Source of the DNA: Oscillospiraceae bacterium
GTDB taxonomy: Bacteria > Bacillota > Clostridia > Oscillospirales > CAG-272
Direction of reading: 5' to 3'
NCBI GenBank assembly: GCA_015064295.1
Contig: SVSM01000002.1
Coordinates: 5,872 to 69,871, forward strand
DNA length: 64,000 bases
Under the pieces are notes generated by a model. That model was not told where the DNA came from and made no database searches. It saw nothing but the letters and a program-made list of their open reading frames with translations. The position numbers were made by a program, and so were the translations under genes. This document shows positions 53,645-62,566 of the stretch, one piece after another. How positions within the stretch are numbered: the stretch's first letter is position 1; each line of letters starts with the position of its first letter.

Positions 53645-54670
53645 TCAGAGGAGTGCTTCCAAAGCCGCCAGATCCTCCTCGGTGGTGGCCCAGCCGGTGG
53701 CAAAGCGCACCACGGTGCGGTGCTCGTCAAGGCGCTCCCAGAAGCTGAAGGATACCTTCTCGCGGAGCTGCTCCATGACCTCGTTTTCGAGAATAACGAA
53801 GATCTGATTGGTGGGGGAGTCGATATGGAAGGCGTAGCCCTTTTCACGGAAGATCGCCTTCAGCTTTTCCGCCATGTCGATGGCGTGGCGGGAGATGGAA
53901 AAGTACAGACCGTCGGTAAAGAGGACGTCAAACTGAATGCCCAGGAGCCGTCCCTTGGCCAGCAGTGCTCCGTGACGCTTGACGGTGGAAAGGAAGCGCT
54001 TGGGCGTATTGCCTCGGGGGAAGACCACCGCCTCACCGCAGAGGGCGCCTACCTTAGTGCCGCCGATGTAGAAAACGTCGCAGAGGGCGGCAATGTCGGG
54101 GAGGGTCAGGTCGGTGTCATAGCTCATGAGACCGTAGCCCAGACGGGCGCCGTCAAGAAACAGGGGCATCCCGTAGCGGCGGCAGACCGATGCAATGGCA
54201 GTCAGCTCCTCCTTGCGGTAGAGCGTTCCGTATTCGGTGGGATGGGATAGATAGACCATGGCGGGAAGGACCATGTGCTCGCGGTTTTCGTCGGCGAAGT
54301 AGACGGCAAGGTAGGCCGCAAGCTCCTCGGCGTCGAGCTTTCCCTCGTGATGAGGGAGCGTCAGCACCTTGTGCCCCGTATACTCAATGGCGCCTGCCTC
54401 GTGACCTGCGATATGTCCCGTATCGGCGGCGATGACACCGTCTCCCTCGGATAGCATGGCGGCGATGACGATCTGGTTGGTCTGGGTTCCTCCCACGAGA
54501 AAGCGAACGTCGGCCTCGGGGGCCTGACAGGCCGCCTTGATCTTGCTCGCGGCACTTTCGCAGTAGGGATCGCTCCCATAGCCCGAAAGCTTTTCGTAGT
54601 TGGTTTCAGCAAGGCGGCGCAGAATGGCTTCGTGCGCCCCCTCCAAATAGTCGCTGGCAAAGGAAATCAT
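53645..54670 (-). CDS. Low-specificity threonine aldolase / beta-eliminating lyase family PLP enzyme
   Basis: FASDYLEGAHEAIL...GGTQTNQ...YIGGTKVGAL...RFATGWATTEEDL. Confidence 0.8.
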   Translation of the reverse strand: MISFASDYLEGAHEAILRRLAETNYEKLSGYGSDPYCESAASKIKAACQAPEADVRFLVGGTQTNQIVIAAMLSEGDGVIAADTGHIAGHEAGAIEYTGHKVLTLPHHEGKLDAEELAAYLAVYFADENREHMVLPAMVYLSHPTEYGTLYRKEELTAIASVCRRYGMPLFLDGARLGYGLMSYDTDLTLPDIAALCDVFYIGGTKVGALCGEAVVFPRGNTPKRFLSTVKRHGALLAKGRLLGIQFDVLFTDGLYFSISRHAIDMAEKLKAIFREKGYAFHIDSPTNQIFVILENEVMEQLREKVSFSFWERLDEHRTVVRFATGWATTEEDLAALEALL

Positions 54671-55818
54671 GATGTTGCCTCCGAAGAAAGAGATTTGTAA
54701 TAGGCAACCGCCAGGTCGACCACCATGCCATAGCTCTTGGAGCCGGCGGCCTGTCCCTGGGACTGCAAATAAGAGTTGTTGATGGCGCCGCTGACGTCGG
54801 CAGCCACGTTGTTCTCGTATTTCTTGAAGAATTCGTTGTAAGCGATCATTTCGTAGCGAACAGTGGCATCGGTTTCCTTGAGCAGAGCCGTATAACGGTC
54901 CTTATCCGCTCGATAGAGGGCCGAGATGACGTACTCGTACACTCCCATATATCCCGAATAGCGGATATAGGGATCGTCGCTTTCCAAACACACCAAAAAG
55001 GCAACGAAGTTGGCCTCGTCCTCCCGGGCGATGCCTCGCTGATGGGCCAGCTCGTGGGCGGCGGTATAGGGAAGGGTGTAGTCGGGGAAGTTGACGTTGA
55101 GGTTGGATTCCCCGGTAAAGTAGGTATAGACGCCGGCGATGTGGGTATAGGTCATGGGTTCGCTCAATACGATCTGCTTCACGGTGGAACGGAAGGCGGG
55201 AAGGAACTCGTAGACCTCGGCGGCCTTCTGATAGGCATCCTGGAGCTTGCGGTTCATTTCCTTGACGGTATAGGGCATGAGAGAGGAGCCGCCGTATCGG
55301 AAATCCACCGAGGGGAGGATCTCCCTAAGCTCGGCAAGGAGGGCCCGCGCCGTCACGTCCAGCTCCTCCGCCGACACCTTTTGGCGGTCAAGCCCCAGCT
55401 TTTTGTCGAGCGACGAGCCGCGGTAGCCCGCCGAAAAGCCCAGAACGAAGGAGGAAAAGAAAAACGACAGCACGGCCAGCATCGTCATGGTCAGCGTCAC
55501 CATTTGCCGCAAGGTGCCCTTTGACACCTTGACGATCCAAACGATGGCCAGAATGACGATCAGCGGGAGCATCATGAGGACCGTCTCGGCCAGGGAAAAG
55601 GGGAACCACCCCGTCAGCTTTGCTAAACATCCCCGCACAAAAGCACCGGGATAACGGTTATAGAAATCGGAAAAGGCGGGGCTCAGGCAGAAGGCGATCT
55701 GCAGTACCCCCGCCACGGCGGCGATCACAAAAAGGATCCGCACCGGGATCGAGCAGCAGCTTATGACCTTTCGAAAAAAGGCTTTGGTATTTTGAAAGAA
55801 GGATTTCAGTTTCTCCAT
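54667..55818 (-). CDS. DUF3810-family membrane protein (putative zinc metallopeptidase fold)
   Basis: N-terminal TM segments and AAHELAHQRGIAREDEANFVAFL (HExxH). Confidence 0.75.
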   Translation of the reverse strand: MEKLKSFFQNTKAFFRKVISCCSIPVRILFVIAAVAGVLQIAFCLSPAFSDFYNRYPGAFVRGCLAKLTGWFPFSLAETVLMMLPLIVILAIVWIVKVSKGTLRQMVTLTMTMLAVLSFFFSSFVLGFSAGYRGSSLDKKLGLDRQKVSAEELDVTARALLAELREILPSVDFRYGGSSLMPYTVKEMNRKLQDAYQKAAEVYEFLPAFRSTVKQIVLSEPMTYTHIAGVYTYFTGESNLNVNFPDYTLPYTAAHELAHQRGIAREDEANFVAFLVCLESDDPYIRYSGYMGVYEYVISALYRADKDRYTALLKETDATVRYEMIAYNEFFKKYENNVAADVSGAINNSYLQSQGQAAGSKSYGMVVDLAVAYYKSLSSEATS

Positions 55819-55827
55819 AACGGTTCC

Positions 55828-56742
55828 TTAGGATAATGTGGAGGGATCGCCTCCCGCCAAGGCGGCGAGGGCGGCAAGATCGGGATGAAGGGGGGCCTGC
55901 ACCGTGACGTCCTCTCCGTCCGAGGGGCGGGGAAAGGTCAGCGACAGGGCGTGAAGGGCCTGCCGTTTGATGTGAGGGGATCCCGCAGGATCTCCGTAGA
56001 GGGTATCGCCGCAGATCGGGTATCCCTCCGAGGCAAGATGAACACGGATCTGATGGGTGCGTCCCGTCTCAGGGGCCACTAAAAGCAGCGAAAGGCCCTT
56101 TTGGGAGGCAAGGGGCCGATAGAGGGTTTTGGCGTACTGTCCCTCGTCGGGGGGGCAGACGGTCCGTTCCATCAGGCTTTCGGTGCGGCGGCGGATGTGT
56201 TTTTCCACGGCGCCTTCCTCGGCCACGGTTCCCGTGACTACGGCAAGATAGCGCTTGGCGATCCGCCCCTCGCTCATGGCACGGGAAAGAAGGTAAGCGG
56301 CACCGCGGTTTTTGGCAACCAAGACCACACCGCTTGTATCCCGATCCAGACGGTTAACGGCCCGAAAAACGAAGGGGATCCCCTTTTGCCCAAAATGGTA
56401 GGCAAGACCGTTTGCCAGCGTGTCCTCCTGATGGTCGTGGGAGGGGTGGGTCGGCATCCCTGCCGCCTTGTTGACGGCGATCACGTCGTCATCCTCGTAG
56501 AGAACCTCCACCGGAAGGGGGCGGGGAAGGATCGATTCACTGTTCTCGGCGTCGGCACGGTGGAGCGCCAGGACGTCTCCCTCCGACAAAACGGCCCGCA
56601 CCGTCACGTGTCGGCCGTTGAGCAGGATCCCGTTTTCCTTTTGCTTCAGGGAGGTCAGCTCGGCACGGGAAAGGGCAAGCGTGCGGCGTAGATAGTCAAG
56701 GAGCTTTTTTCCGTGATGCTCTTTGTCAATCGTGTAAAGCAA
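55828..56742 (-). CDS. RluA-family pseudouridine synthase
   Basis: NRLDRDTSGVVLVAK, GRTHQIRVH. I favour the TTG start at 56742 (7 nt after GAGGAGGGG). The track ORF starts at 56766. Confidence 0.85.
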   Translation of the reverse strand: MLYTIDKEHHGKKLLDYLRRTLALSRAELTSLKQKENGILLNGRHVTVRAVLSEGDVLALHRADAENSESILPRPLPVEVLYEDDDVIAVNKAAGMPTHPSHDHQEDTLANGLAYHFGQKGIPFVFRAVNRLDRDTSGVVLVAKNRGAAYLLSRAMSEGRIAKRYLAVVTGTVAEEGAVEKHIRRRTESLMERTVCPPDEGQYAKTLYRPLASQKGLSLLLVAPETGRTHQIRVHLASEGYPICGDTLYGDPAGSPHIKRQALHALSLTFPRPSDGEDVTVQAPLHPDLAALAALAGGDPSTLS

Positions 56743-56927
56743 GTCTTCCCCTCCTCGAAATTGCATGACGGCGGTATCTTCCGCATATACATATTATAAA
56801 AGAAAATCCCTTGTCTTACAAGCCCTAATTGCAAAGAAACCATGAATTTTTAAGGAAAGGCCGAGAAAGGCATAGGACTTTCGGTTTCGGGCATGATAAG
56901 ATCAAATCAAATAAGGAGGATTTGTGT

Positions 56928-58232
56928 GTGAACAATACGGCACGAAAACTGGCGGCAGGACTGGCGGCGGTCCTGCTTTGCGCGGCAATGGGAGGAGCGG
57001 CTGCATCCGCGGCAGAGGAGGCGACGGTGTCGCCGGCTCTTGCGATCCTGTCCCGGGATCTGTCCATGGTAAAATCGGGGGTAGGGCGAGAGGTGATCGC
57101 CTTTGAGGCGTCGGATTTTGAAGAGGCCCTCGGCGTTTCGGAGCTGAACAGCGTGGTGATCCGTACTCTTCCCATGGCGTCGGACGGCAAGCTGATGCTT
57201 GGTTCTCTTGAGGTCATGAGGAATCAGACCATCTCCCGTGCCAATTTGTCGGCCCTTCGCTTTGTTCCCACGGGAACGGGACGGGACGCCGCCTTCGTAT
57301 TCGAGGCGGGTGGTGAGGCGAGCTATTCCGTGACCTGCACCCTCCGTATTTTGGAGAAGAGCAATTACGCGCCCACCTCGGCGGGGGTAGACGAAGATCG
57401 CTTTACCCTTCGGACCTTTAAGAATATCGCCGTCTACGGTACCCTCCCTGCCTCCGATCCCGAGGGGGACGGCCTGACCTTTGAGGTGGTTTCCTATCCG
57501 AAGAAGGGGCTTCTGGCTCTGACCGACCGGGACGACGGACAGTTCGTCTATACCCCCGTTAAAAACTATGCGGGGAAGGATTCCTTCACCTACACCGTCA
57601 CCGACGAGTACGGCAACCGATCCGACGAGATGACGGTAACCATCAGGATCTCCTCCTCGGAACACGGTACCGTGTTTGAGGACATGATCGGCCATTGGGG
57701 GCATTACAGCGCCATTCGCCTGTCGGACCTGGGGATCATGACGGGCAAGGTGGAGGGAGAAAAGAATCTCTTCGGCCCCGATGAGCCGGTCAGCCGCGCG
57801 GCCTTCCTTGCCATGACCATGAAGGCAGCAGGGATCCGGGTCACGCAGGACGAGGAGGACGTGGTGACCGTGTTCCACGACGACCGTGAGATCCCCCAGG
57901 CCTACCGTGCCTACGTGGCGGCCGCCTATGAGAAGGGGTATATCCGGGGCTTTGAGGAGAACGGTCTTCCCGTATTCGATCCCAACGGAAACGTCACCAG
58001 AGCTGAGGCCTGTGTGATGATCGGAAACATTCTTTCTGCTAAGGCTCCGGTGGTGAAGCCCGTCTTTGCAGACGATTCCGACATCCCCGCCTGGGCGGTG
58101 GACAGCATCTACGCCCTGACCTCCCTGGGCATCCTCAGCGGTACCGGTAACGGCTACGTTTCCCCCCACGAGGAGATCGATCGGGCTCAGGTCGCAGAGC
58201 TTTTGGCGGCGGTTGCGGACCTGAAAGAATAA
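56928..58232 (+). CDS. Cell-surface protein: signal peptide, Ig/cadherin-like repeat, three SLH domains
   Basis: GTG start 6 nt after AAGGAGG. Signal peptide ...AAMGGAAASAAEEA. The stretch DGQFVYTPVKNYAGKDSFTYTVTDEYGN is Ig-like. Three SLH-like repeats follow (FEDMIGHWGHYS..., FHDDREIP..., FADDSDIPAWA...). Confidence 0.8.
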   Translation: MNNTARKLAAGLAAVLLCAAMGGAAASAAEEATVSPALAILSRDLSMVKSGVGREVIAFEASDFEEALGVSELNSVVIRTLPMASDGKLMLGSLEVMRNQTISRANLSALRFVPTGTGRDAAFVFEAGGEASYSVTCTLRILEKSNYAPTSAGVDEDRFTLRTFKNIAVYGTLPASDPEGDGLTFEVVSYPKKGLLALTDRDDGQFVYTPVKNYAGKDSFTYTVTDEYGNRSDEMTVTIRISSSEHGTVFEDMIGHWGHYSAIRLSDLGIMTGKVEGEKNLFGPDEPVSRAAFLAMTMKAAGIRVTQDEEDVVTVFHDDREIPQAYRAYVAAAYEKGYIRGFEENGLPVFDPNGNVTRAEACVMIGNILSAKAPVVKPVFADDSDIPAWAVDSIYALTSLGILSGTGNGYVSPHEEIDRAQVAELLAAVADLKE

Positions 58233-58271
58233 ATAACAAAAAGCGTTTCCGCATAGCGGAAACGCTTTTTG

Positions 58272-59834
58272 TTATTTTGAGGTTTTATGATCCAGACGGA
58301 TCACGATCAGGATGATCAGGAGAAAGATGGTGACCAGCGTCAGGATGATGATAAAGGTTCGCAGGATCTCCCCGATCGTCAGGGTGTTTCCGCCCGACGG
58401 TGCAGGGGTAGACGTGGGCGTGCTTTCGGGGGTGTCGGATTGCGATGAGGTGAGAGGGGCGTCGGGTATCAGCACCGCTCCGGGTGTGTCAGACTCGGTG
58501 GTGACGGAGGTGCCGTCGGCCGCGGAGGGTGTGGTCACCGTGCTTTCCTCGGTGTCGGGGGAAAGCGTCTCGCCGTCAGTATCCTTCTCGGTGACGGTCT
58601 CGTCGGCGGAGGATTCAGCGGTGGTTTCGGTGGTGGAATCGACGGGCTTTTCGGTGGTGAGCGGCTCAGTCTCCGGGGGCTTTTTCGTGGTGCTGGGCGT
58701 CGTGGGATCGGGCTTCGCCGTGGTCGTCTCGGCAGTGGTGGTTTCGGCAGACGTAGTCGTGGTTTCCTCCGTGGTGGTTACGGCGGGCTTGGTGGGGATC
58801 GGAGGCATGGAGTCACCCTTGGGGGGTGAGACGGTCAGTAAACGATCGTAAAAATTCTTGTGCTCCTCACCGAGCTGATCGGCAAACCAGCCGCGGTTTG
58901 CCTGCTCTGATGAGGCCTTGGCGGAAGCTTCACAGGCCGACGCAGGAACATAAGCGTTGGTGGCCAGGGAGGGAAACTCAAAGGTTTTCAGTCCCGTCCG
59001 CGAGATGTCTCCGTTGGGGACGTGATTCTCCGAGAAGCGCTTGCCGTTTCGGCTGTTGACCACCGTTTGAGAGCCTACGAGGAAATAACTGCGCAGAATG
59101 CTCTTGCCGTCGTCCCAGGTAGCATCCACGGCGTACCAGCGGCCGTCGTCCATGAGAACGTAGTTCCACATATGGTTTTCTTGCCCCGACGAGGTAATGC
59201 CGGTGCCCGAAACCAGGACGCAGCCGATGCCGTTTCGGTCGCAAAGCAGCTTGAACGCCTCGGCGTAGCCCTCGCAGACCGACCGTCCGTCCACCAGCGC
59301 GCCGTAGGCGTTGTAGGCATACGAGCCCTTCTTATCGTAGACGGTGGAGGCGCAGACGAAATCGTGAATGGAAAGGACCTTCTCGTAGAGGGTATCTCCC
59401 GTTGGAGTAAAGGACTCGATGGCGTCCTTGACGCGCTGAGTCATGCCCTTGGGGTCGGTAAACTCGTCGCGGCTGACCAGATAGTTGGTCAACGACGTGA
59501 TCTTCCATCGGTACAGGTTGCCGTCCGGATGATCGCCGCTCATCGCTACCGAAACGTAGGAGGCACGGACGTCGATCCACATGGACTCCAGGGGGTGGTC
59601 CATCAAAAAGGCATCGTACGCCGTTTGAGAGATCGAGCGGATGGCGGCCTGGGCCTCGGCCGATTCTTCGTCGGTGGGCTGATCGGTCTTACTGGTATAT
59701 TCGATCGGGGAGCGGAGAGGAATCTCCAGGGTGAGCTCCTCCCTTGCCTCCACCGAAAGCCCGGTGGGCAGAAGAAGGATAAGCGAGATCAAGAGGGATA
59801 GCACAGCCGCTATCCGATGCCGTTGGTTCTTCAA
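58272..59834 (-). CDS. Transglutaminase-like cysteine protease domain protein with a Thr/Glu/Pro-rich stalk and a C-terminal TM anchor
   Basis: GRSVCEGYAEAFKLLCDRNGI...NHMWNYV...WYAVDATWDD gives the Cys-His-Asp core. A low-complexity T/E/P-rich region follows, then a C-terminal TM segment. Confidence 0.82.
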   Translation of the reverse strand: MKNQRHRIAAVLSLLISLILLLPTGLSVEAREELTLEIPLRSPIEYTSKTDQPTDEESAEAQAAIRSISQTAYDAFLMDHPLESMWIDVRASYVSVAMSGDHPDGNLYRWKITSLTNYLVSRDEFTDPKGMTQRVKDAIESFTPTGDTLYEKVLSIHDFVCASTVYDKKGSYAYNAYGALVDGRSVCEGYAEAFKLLCDRNGIGCVLVSGTGITSSGQENHMWNYVLMDDGRWYAVDATWDDGKSILRSYFLVGSQTVVNSRNGKRFSENHVPNGDISRTGLKTFEFPSLATNAYVPASACEASAKASSEQANRGWFADQLGEEHKNFYDRLLTVSPPKGDSMPPIPTKPAVTTTEETTTTSAETTTAETTTAKPDPTTPSTTKKPPETEPLTTEKPVDSTTETTAESSADETVTEKDTDGETLSPDTEESTVTTPSAADGTSVTTESDTPGAVLIPDAPLTSSQSDTPESTPTSTPAPSGGNTLTIGEILRTFIIILTLVTIFLLIILIVIRLDHKTSK

Positions 59835-59950
59835 AACATATCAAATCCTTTTTTTATATATCAATATTATGATACACCATGATATGAGGGAAGTCAAGAT
59901 AAAAATGTTGGTGGAGCAGAGAAAAAACTTGAAAAAAGAGAGATCCTCTC

Positions 59951-60008
59951 TTGACAAACGCTTCCCATGGGGGTATAATAAGAAAACAACAATTGAACAA
60001 TCGTTCAA
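59951..60008 (+). promoter_or_regulatory. Consensus sigma-A promoter plus candidate ArsR/SmtB operator of the metal-resistance operon
   Basis: TTGACA (59951-59956), a 17-nt spacer, TATAAT (59974-59979). Then the inverted repeat TTGAAC-AATC-GTTCAA (59993-60008). Confidence 0.65.
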
Positions 60009-60031
60009 ATGACAAAGGAGAGAAGAACGCG

Positions 60032-60391
60032 ATGAACAAAAACCGTACGCCCTCCTGCGACTATCTCCACGTCCATCAGGAGCTTGTGGAGCAGGTGAAC
60101 GCCAATATGCCAGACGAGGATCGGCTCATGGTGCTGGCAGAGCTCTACCGCGTTTTTGGTGACAGGACCAGGATCCGGATCCTGTACGCGCTGTTTGAAA
60201 GCGAAATGTGTGTTTGCGATATTGCCCAGGTCCTGGGCATGACCATATCCGCCATCTCCCACCAGCTGCGGGTGCTGAAGCAGGCTCGCCTCGTCAAATA
60301 CCGCCGCGAGGGCAAGACCGTGTTCTACGCCCTCTCCGACGATCACGTTCGCTCCATCATCAACCAAGGGCTGGAGCACGTGGAAGAATAA
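60032..60391 (+). CDS. ArsR/SmtB-family metalloregulator (CadC-like)
   Basis: FGDRTRIRILYALFESEMCVCDIAQVLGMTISAISHQLRVLKQARLV has the CVC metal site followed by an HTH. Confidence 0.9.
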   Translation: MNKNRTPSCDYLHVHQELVEQVNANMPDEDRLMVLAELYRVFGDRTRIRILYALFESEMCVCDIAQVLGMTISAISHQLRVLKQARLVKYRREGKTVFYALSDDHVRSIINQGLEHVEE

Positions 60392-60412
60392 CCCCGAAAG
60401 GACTTACATACC

Positions 60413-60631
60413 GTGAAAAAAACATACCGTCTCATCGATCTGGACTGTGCCAACTGCGCTGCCAAAATGGAGGCCGCGATCCGGAAGATCGAGGGCGTTA
60501 CCGACGCCTCGGTCTCCTATATGACGCAAAAGCTGACGCTGGAGGCTCCCGACGAGATCTTCGATCGGGTGCTGAAGCAGGCGCAAAAGGCCATTCGTAA
60601 GGTGGAGCCCGATTGCGAAATTGAGGTGTGA
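60413..60631 (+). CDS. Heavy-metal-associated (HMA) domain protein
   Basis: GTG start. LDCANCAAKMEAAIRKIEGV has a CxxC HMA fold. Confidence 0.8.
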   Translation: MKKTYRLIDLDCANCAAKMEAAIRKIEGVTDASVSYMTQKLTLEAPDEIFDRVLKQAQKAIRKVEPDCEIEV

Positions 60632-60637
60632 GCATCG

Positions 60638-62512
60638 ATGACGAAAAAGCAAAAAAGACTCCTTCGCCGCATTCTCGTGACGGCCATTCTGTTTCTTGCG
60701 GCGGTGACGGGTGGGCTTTGGACGACGTTTGTGGGAATCGGGGCTCTATGGCAACGCCCTTGGTTCCGTTTGGCCGTCTTTCTTGTGCCATACCTTGCGG
60801 TGGGATTTCCTGTCTTAAAAAAAGCCGTGTCGGGGATCCTTCGCGGCCAGATCTTTGATGAGAATTTCCTTATGGCCCTGGCCACGGCGGGGGCGCTGAT
60901 CATTGGGGAATACCCCGAGGCGGTCTTCGTGCTTCTGTTCTACGAGATCGGTGAGCTGTTTGAGAGCATCGCCGTGGGACGCAGCCGAAGATCCATCGCC
61001 GCCTTGATGGATCTTCATCCCGATGCCGCCACCGTGGAGCGGGAGGGAGCCCTTGTAACCGTCTCTCCCGAGGAGGTGGCGGTGGGAGAGGTGATCGTGA
61101 TCCGCCCCGGAGAGAAAATTCCCCTGGACGGTACCGTCCTGGAGGGAAGCTCGTCCGTCAATACCGCCGCTCTCACCGGTGAGGCCGTACCCCGCGACGT
61201 GGAGGCCGGCGATGGCGTCCTCAGCGGATGCATCAACGGTGCCGGCCGCCTTCGCGTGAGGATAATCAAGCCCTACGGAGAATCGACCGCCGTGAAGATC
61301 CTTCGCTTGGTGGAGGAAGCGGCGGCAAGAAAAGCCAAAACGGAAGGCTTTATCACCCGCTTTGCCGCCTATTATACCCCCGCCGTGGTGATGGGGGCGC
61401 TACTCATCGCCGTTTTGCCGCCGCTGTTTATCGGAGGCTGGCGGGATTGGATCTACCGTGCGCTGAATTTCCTTGTGATCTCTTGCCCCTGCGCCCTGGT
61501 GATCTCGGTGCCGCTGACCTTTTTCGCCGGCATCGGCTCTGCCTCGAAAAACGGCATTTTGGTCAAGGGCTCTCATTTTTTGGAGCAGCTTGCTTCCTGC
61601 CGCGTCCTTGCCTTGGATAAAACCGGAACCTTGACCGAAGGCAGCTTTCACGTCACCGAGGTGTGCCCGTTGCAGGGAAGCCGGGAAGAGCTTCTGGCTT
61701 TGGCCGCTCTTGCCGAGAGCGATTCCACCCATCCCATCGCCAAGTCGCTCCGTACCGCTTGCGGTGAGAGCCTCGACCGCAGTCGTATGGGTGGGATCCG
61801 GGAGCTTTCGGGCCGAGGCGTTGAGGCCGTCATCGACGGAACAACGGTCCTCGTGGGCAATGCCCGTATGATGGCGGAGCAGTCGATTTCCGTTGCTGCT
61901 CCCGCCGCAAGCGGCACCACCGTCTACGTGGCAAGGGAAGGGGAGCTTCTCGGATATATCCGTATTTCCGATACCTTGAAGCCGGAGGCCGCCGAGGCCC
62001 TCTCCGCCCTTCGCAGAATGGGGGTAAGGCGACAGGTGATGCTAACCGGCGATACCGAAGCGGCGGCGAAGGAGGTGGCGGAGGCCCTGCAGCTTGACGA
62101 ATATCGCGCCGCCCTCCTTCCCGACGGCAAGGTGAGGGCCGTGGAGCGATTGCTCTCGGAAAAGAGAAGGGGTGATACCTTGGCCTTCGTGGGGGACGGC
62201 ATCAACGATGCTCCGGTGCTTGCCCTGGCTGACGTGGGGGTGGCTATGGGGGCTCTCGGCTCCGATGCCGCCATTGAGGCCGCCGACGTGGTCATCATGG
62301 ACGACGATTTGCGGCGCATGGTGAAGGCCGTTTCCGTTGCCCGTAAGACGAGAGGCATCGTCAGACAAAACATCGTCTTTTCCCTTGCGGTCAAGTTCGC
62401 CGTTCTGTTATTCAGTGCTCTGGGACTGGTCTCCCTGTGGGAGGCGGTCTTTGCCGACGTGGGCGTGATGGTTCTGGCGGTTTTGAACGCTATGCGGGCC
62501 ATGAAAAATTAA
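60638..62512 (+). CDS. Heavy-metal (Cd/Zn/Co-type) translocating P1B-type ATPase
   Basis: SCPCAL (CPC), DKTGTLT, TGDT, VGDGINDAP. Confidence 0.93.
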   Translation: MTKKQKRLLRRILVTAILFLAAVTGGLWTTFVGIGALWQRPWFRLAVFLVPYLAVGFPVLKKAVSGILRGQIFDENFLMALATAGALIIGEYPEAVFVLLFYEIGELFESIAVGRSRRSIAALMDLHPDAATVEREGALVTVSPEEVAVGEVIVIRPGEKIPLDGTVLEGSSSVNTAALTGEAVPRDVEAGDGVLSGCINGAGRLRVRIIKPYGESTAVKILRLVEEAAARKAKTEGFITRFAAYYTPAVVMGALLIAVLPPLFIGGWRDWIYRALNFLVISCPCALVISVPLTFFAGIGSASKNGILVKGSHFLEQLASCRVLALDKTGTLTEGSFHVTEVCPLQGSREELLALAALAESDSTHPIAKSLRTACGESLDRSRMGGIRELSGRGVEAVIDGTTVLVGNARMMAEQSISVAAPAASGTTVYVAREGELLGYIRISDTLKPEAAEALSALRRMGVRRQVMLTGDTEAAAKEVAEALQLDEYRAALLPDGKVRAVERLLSEKRRGDTLAFVGDGINDAPVLALADVGVAMGALGSDAAIEAADVVIMDDDLRRMVKAVSVARKTRGIVRQNIVFSLAVKFAVLLFSALGLVSLWEAVFADVGVMVLAVLNAMRAMKN

Positions 62513-62515
62513 AAA

Positions 62516-62552
62516 ACGACTCTTGCATACAGCAAGAGTCGTTTTTTTTTTT
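62516..62552. terminator. Bidirectional terminator between the ATPase gene and glnS
   Basis: ACGACTCTTGC ATACA GCAAGAGTCGT flanked by AAAAAA and an 11-T run. Confidence 0.8.
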
Positions 62553-62566
62553 GCAGAAGGGCCGCT

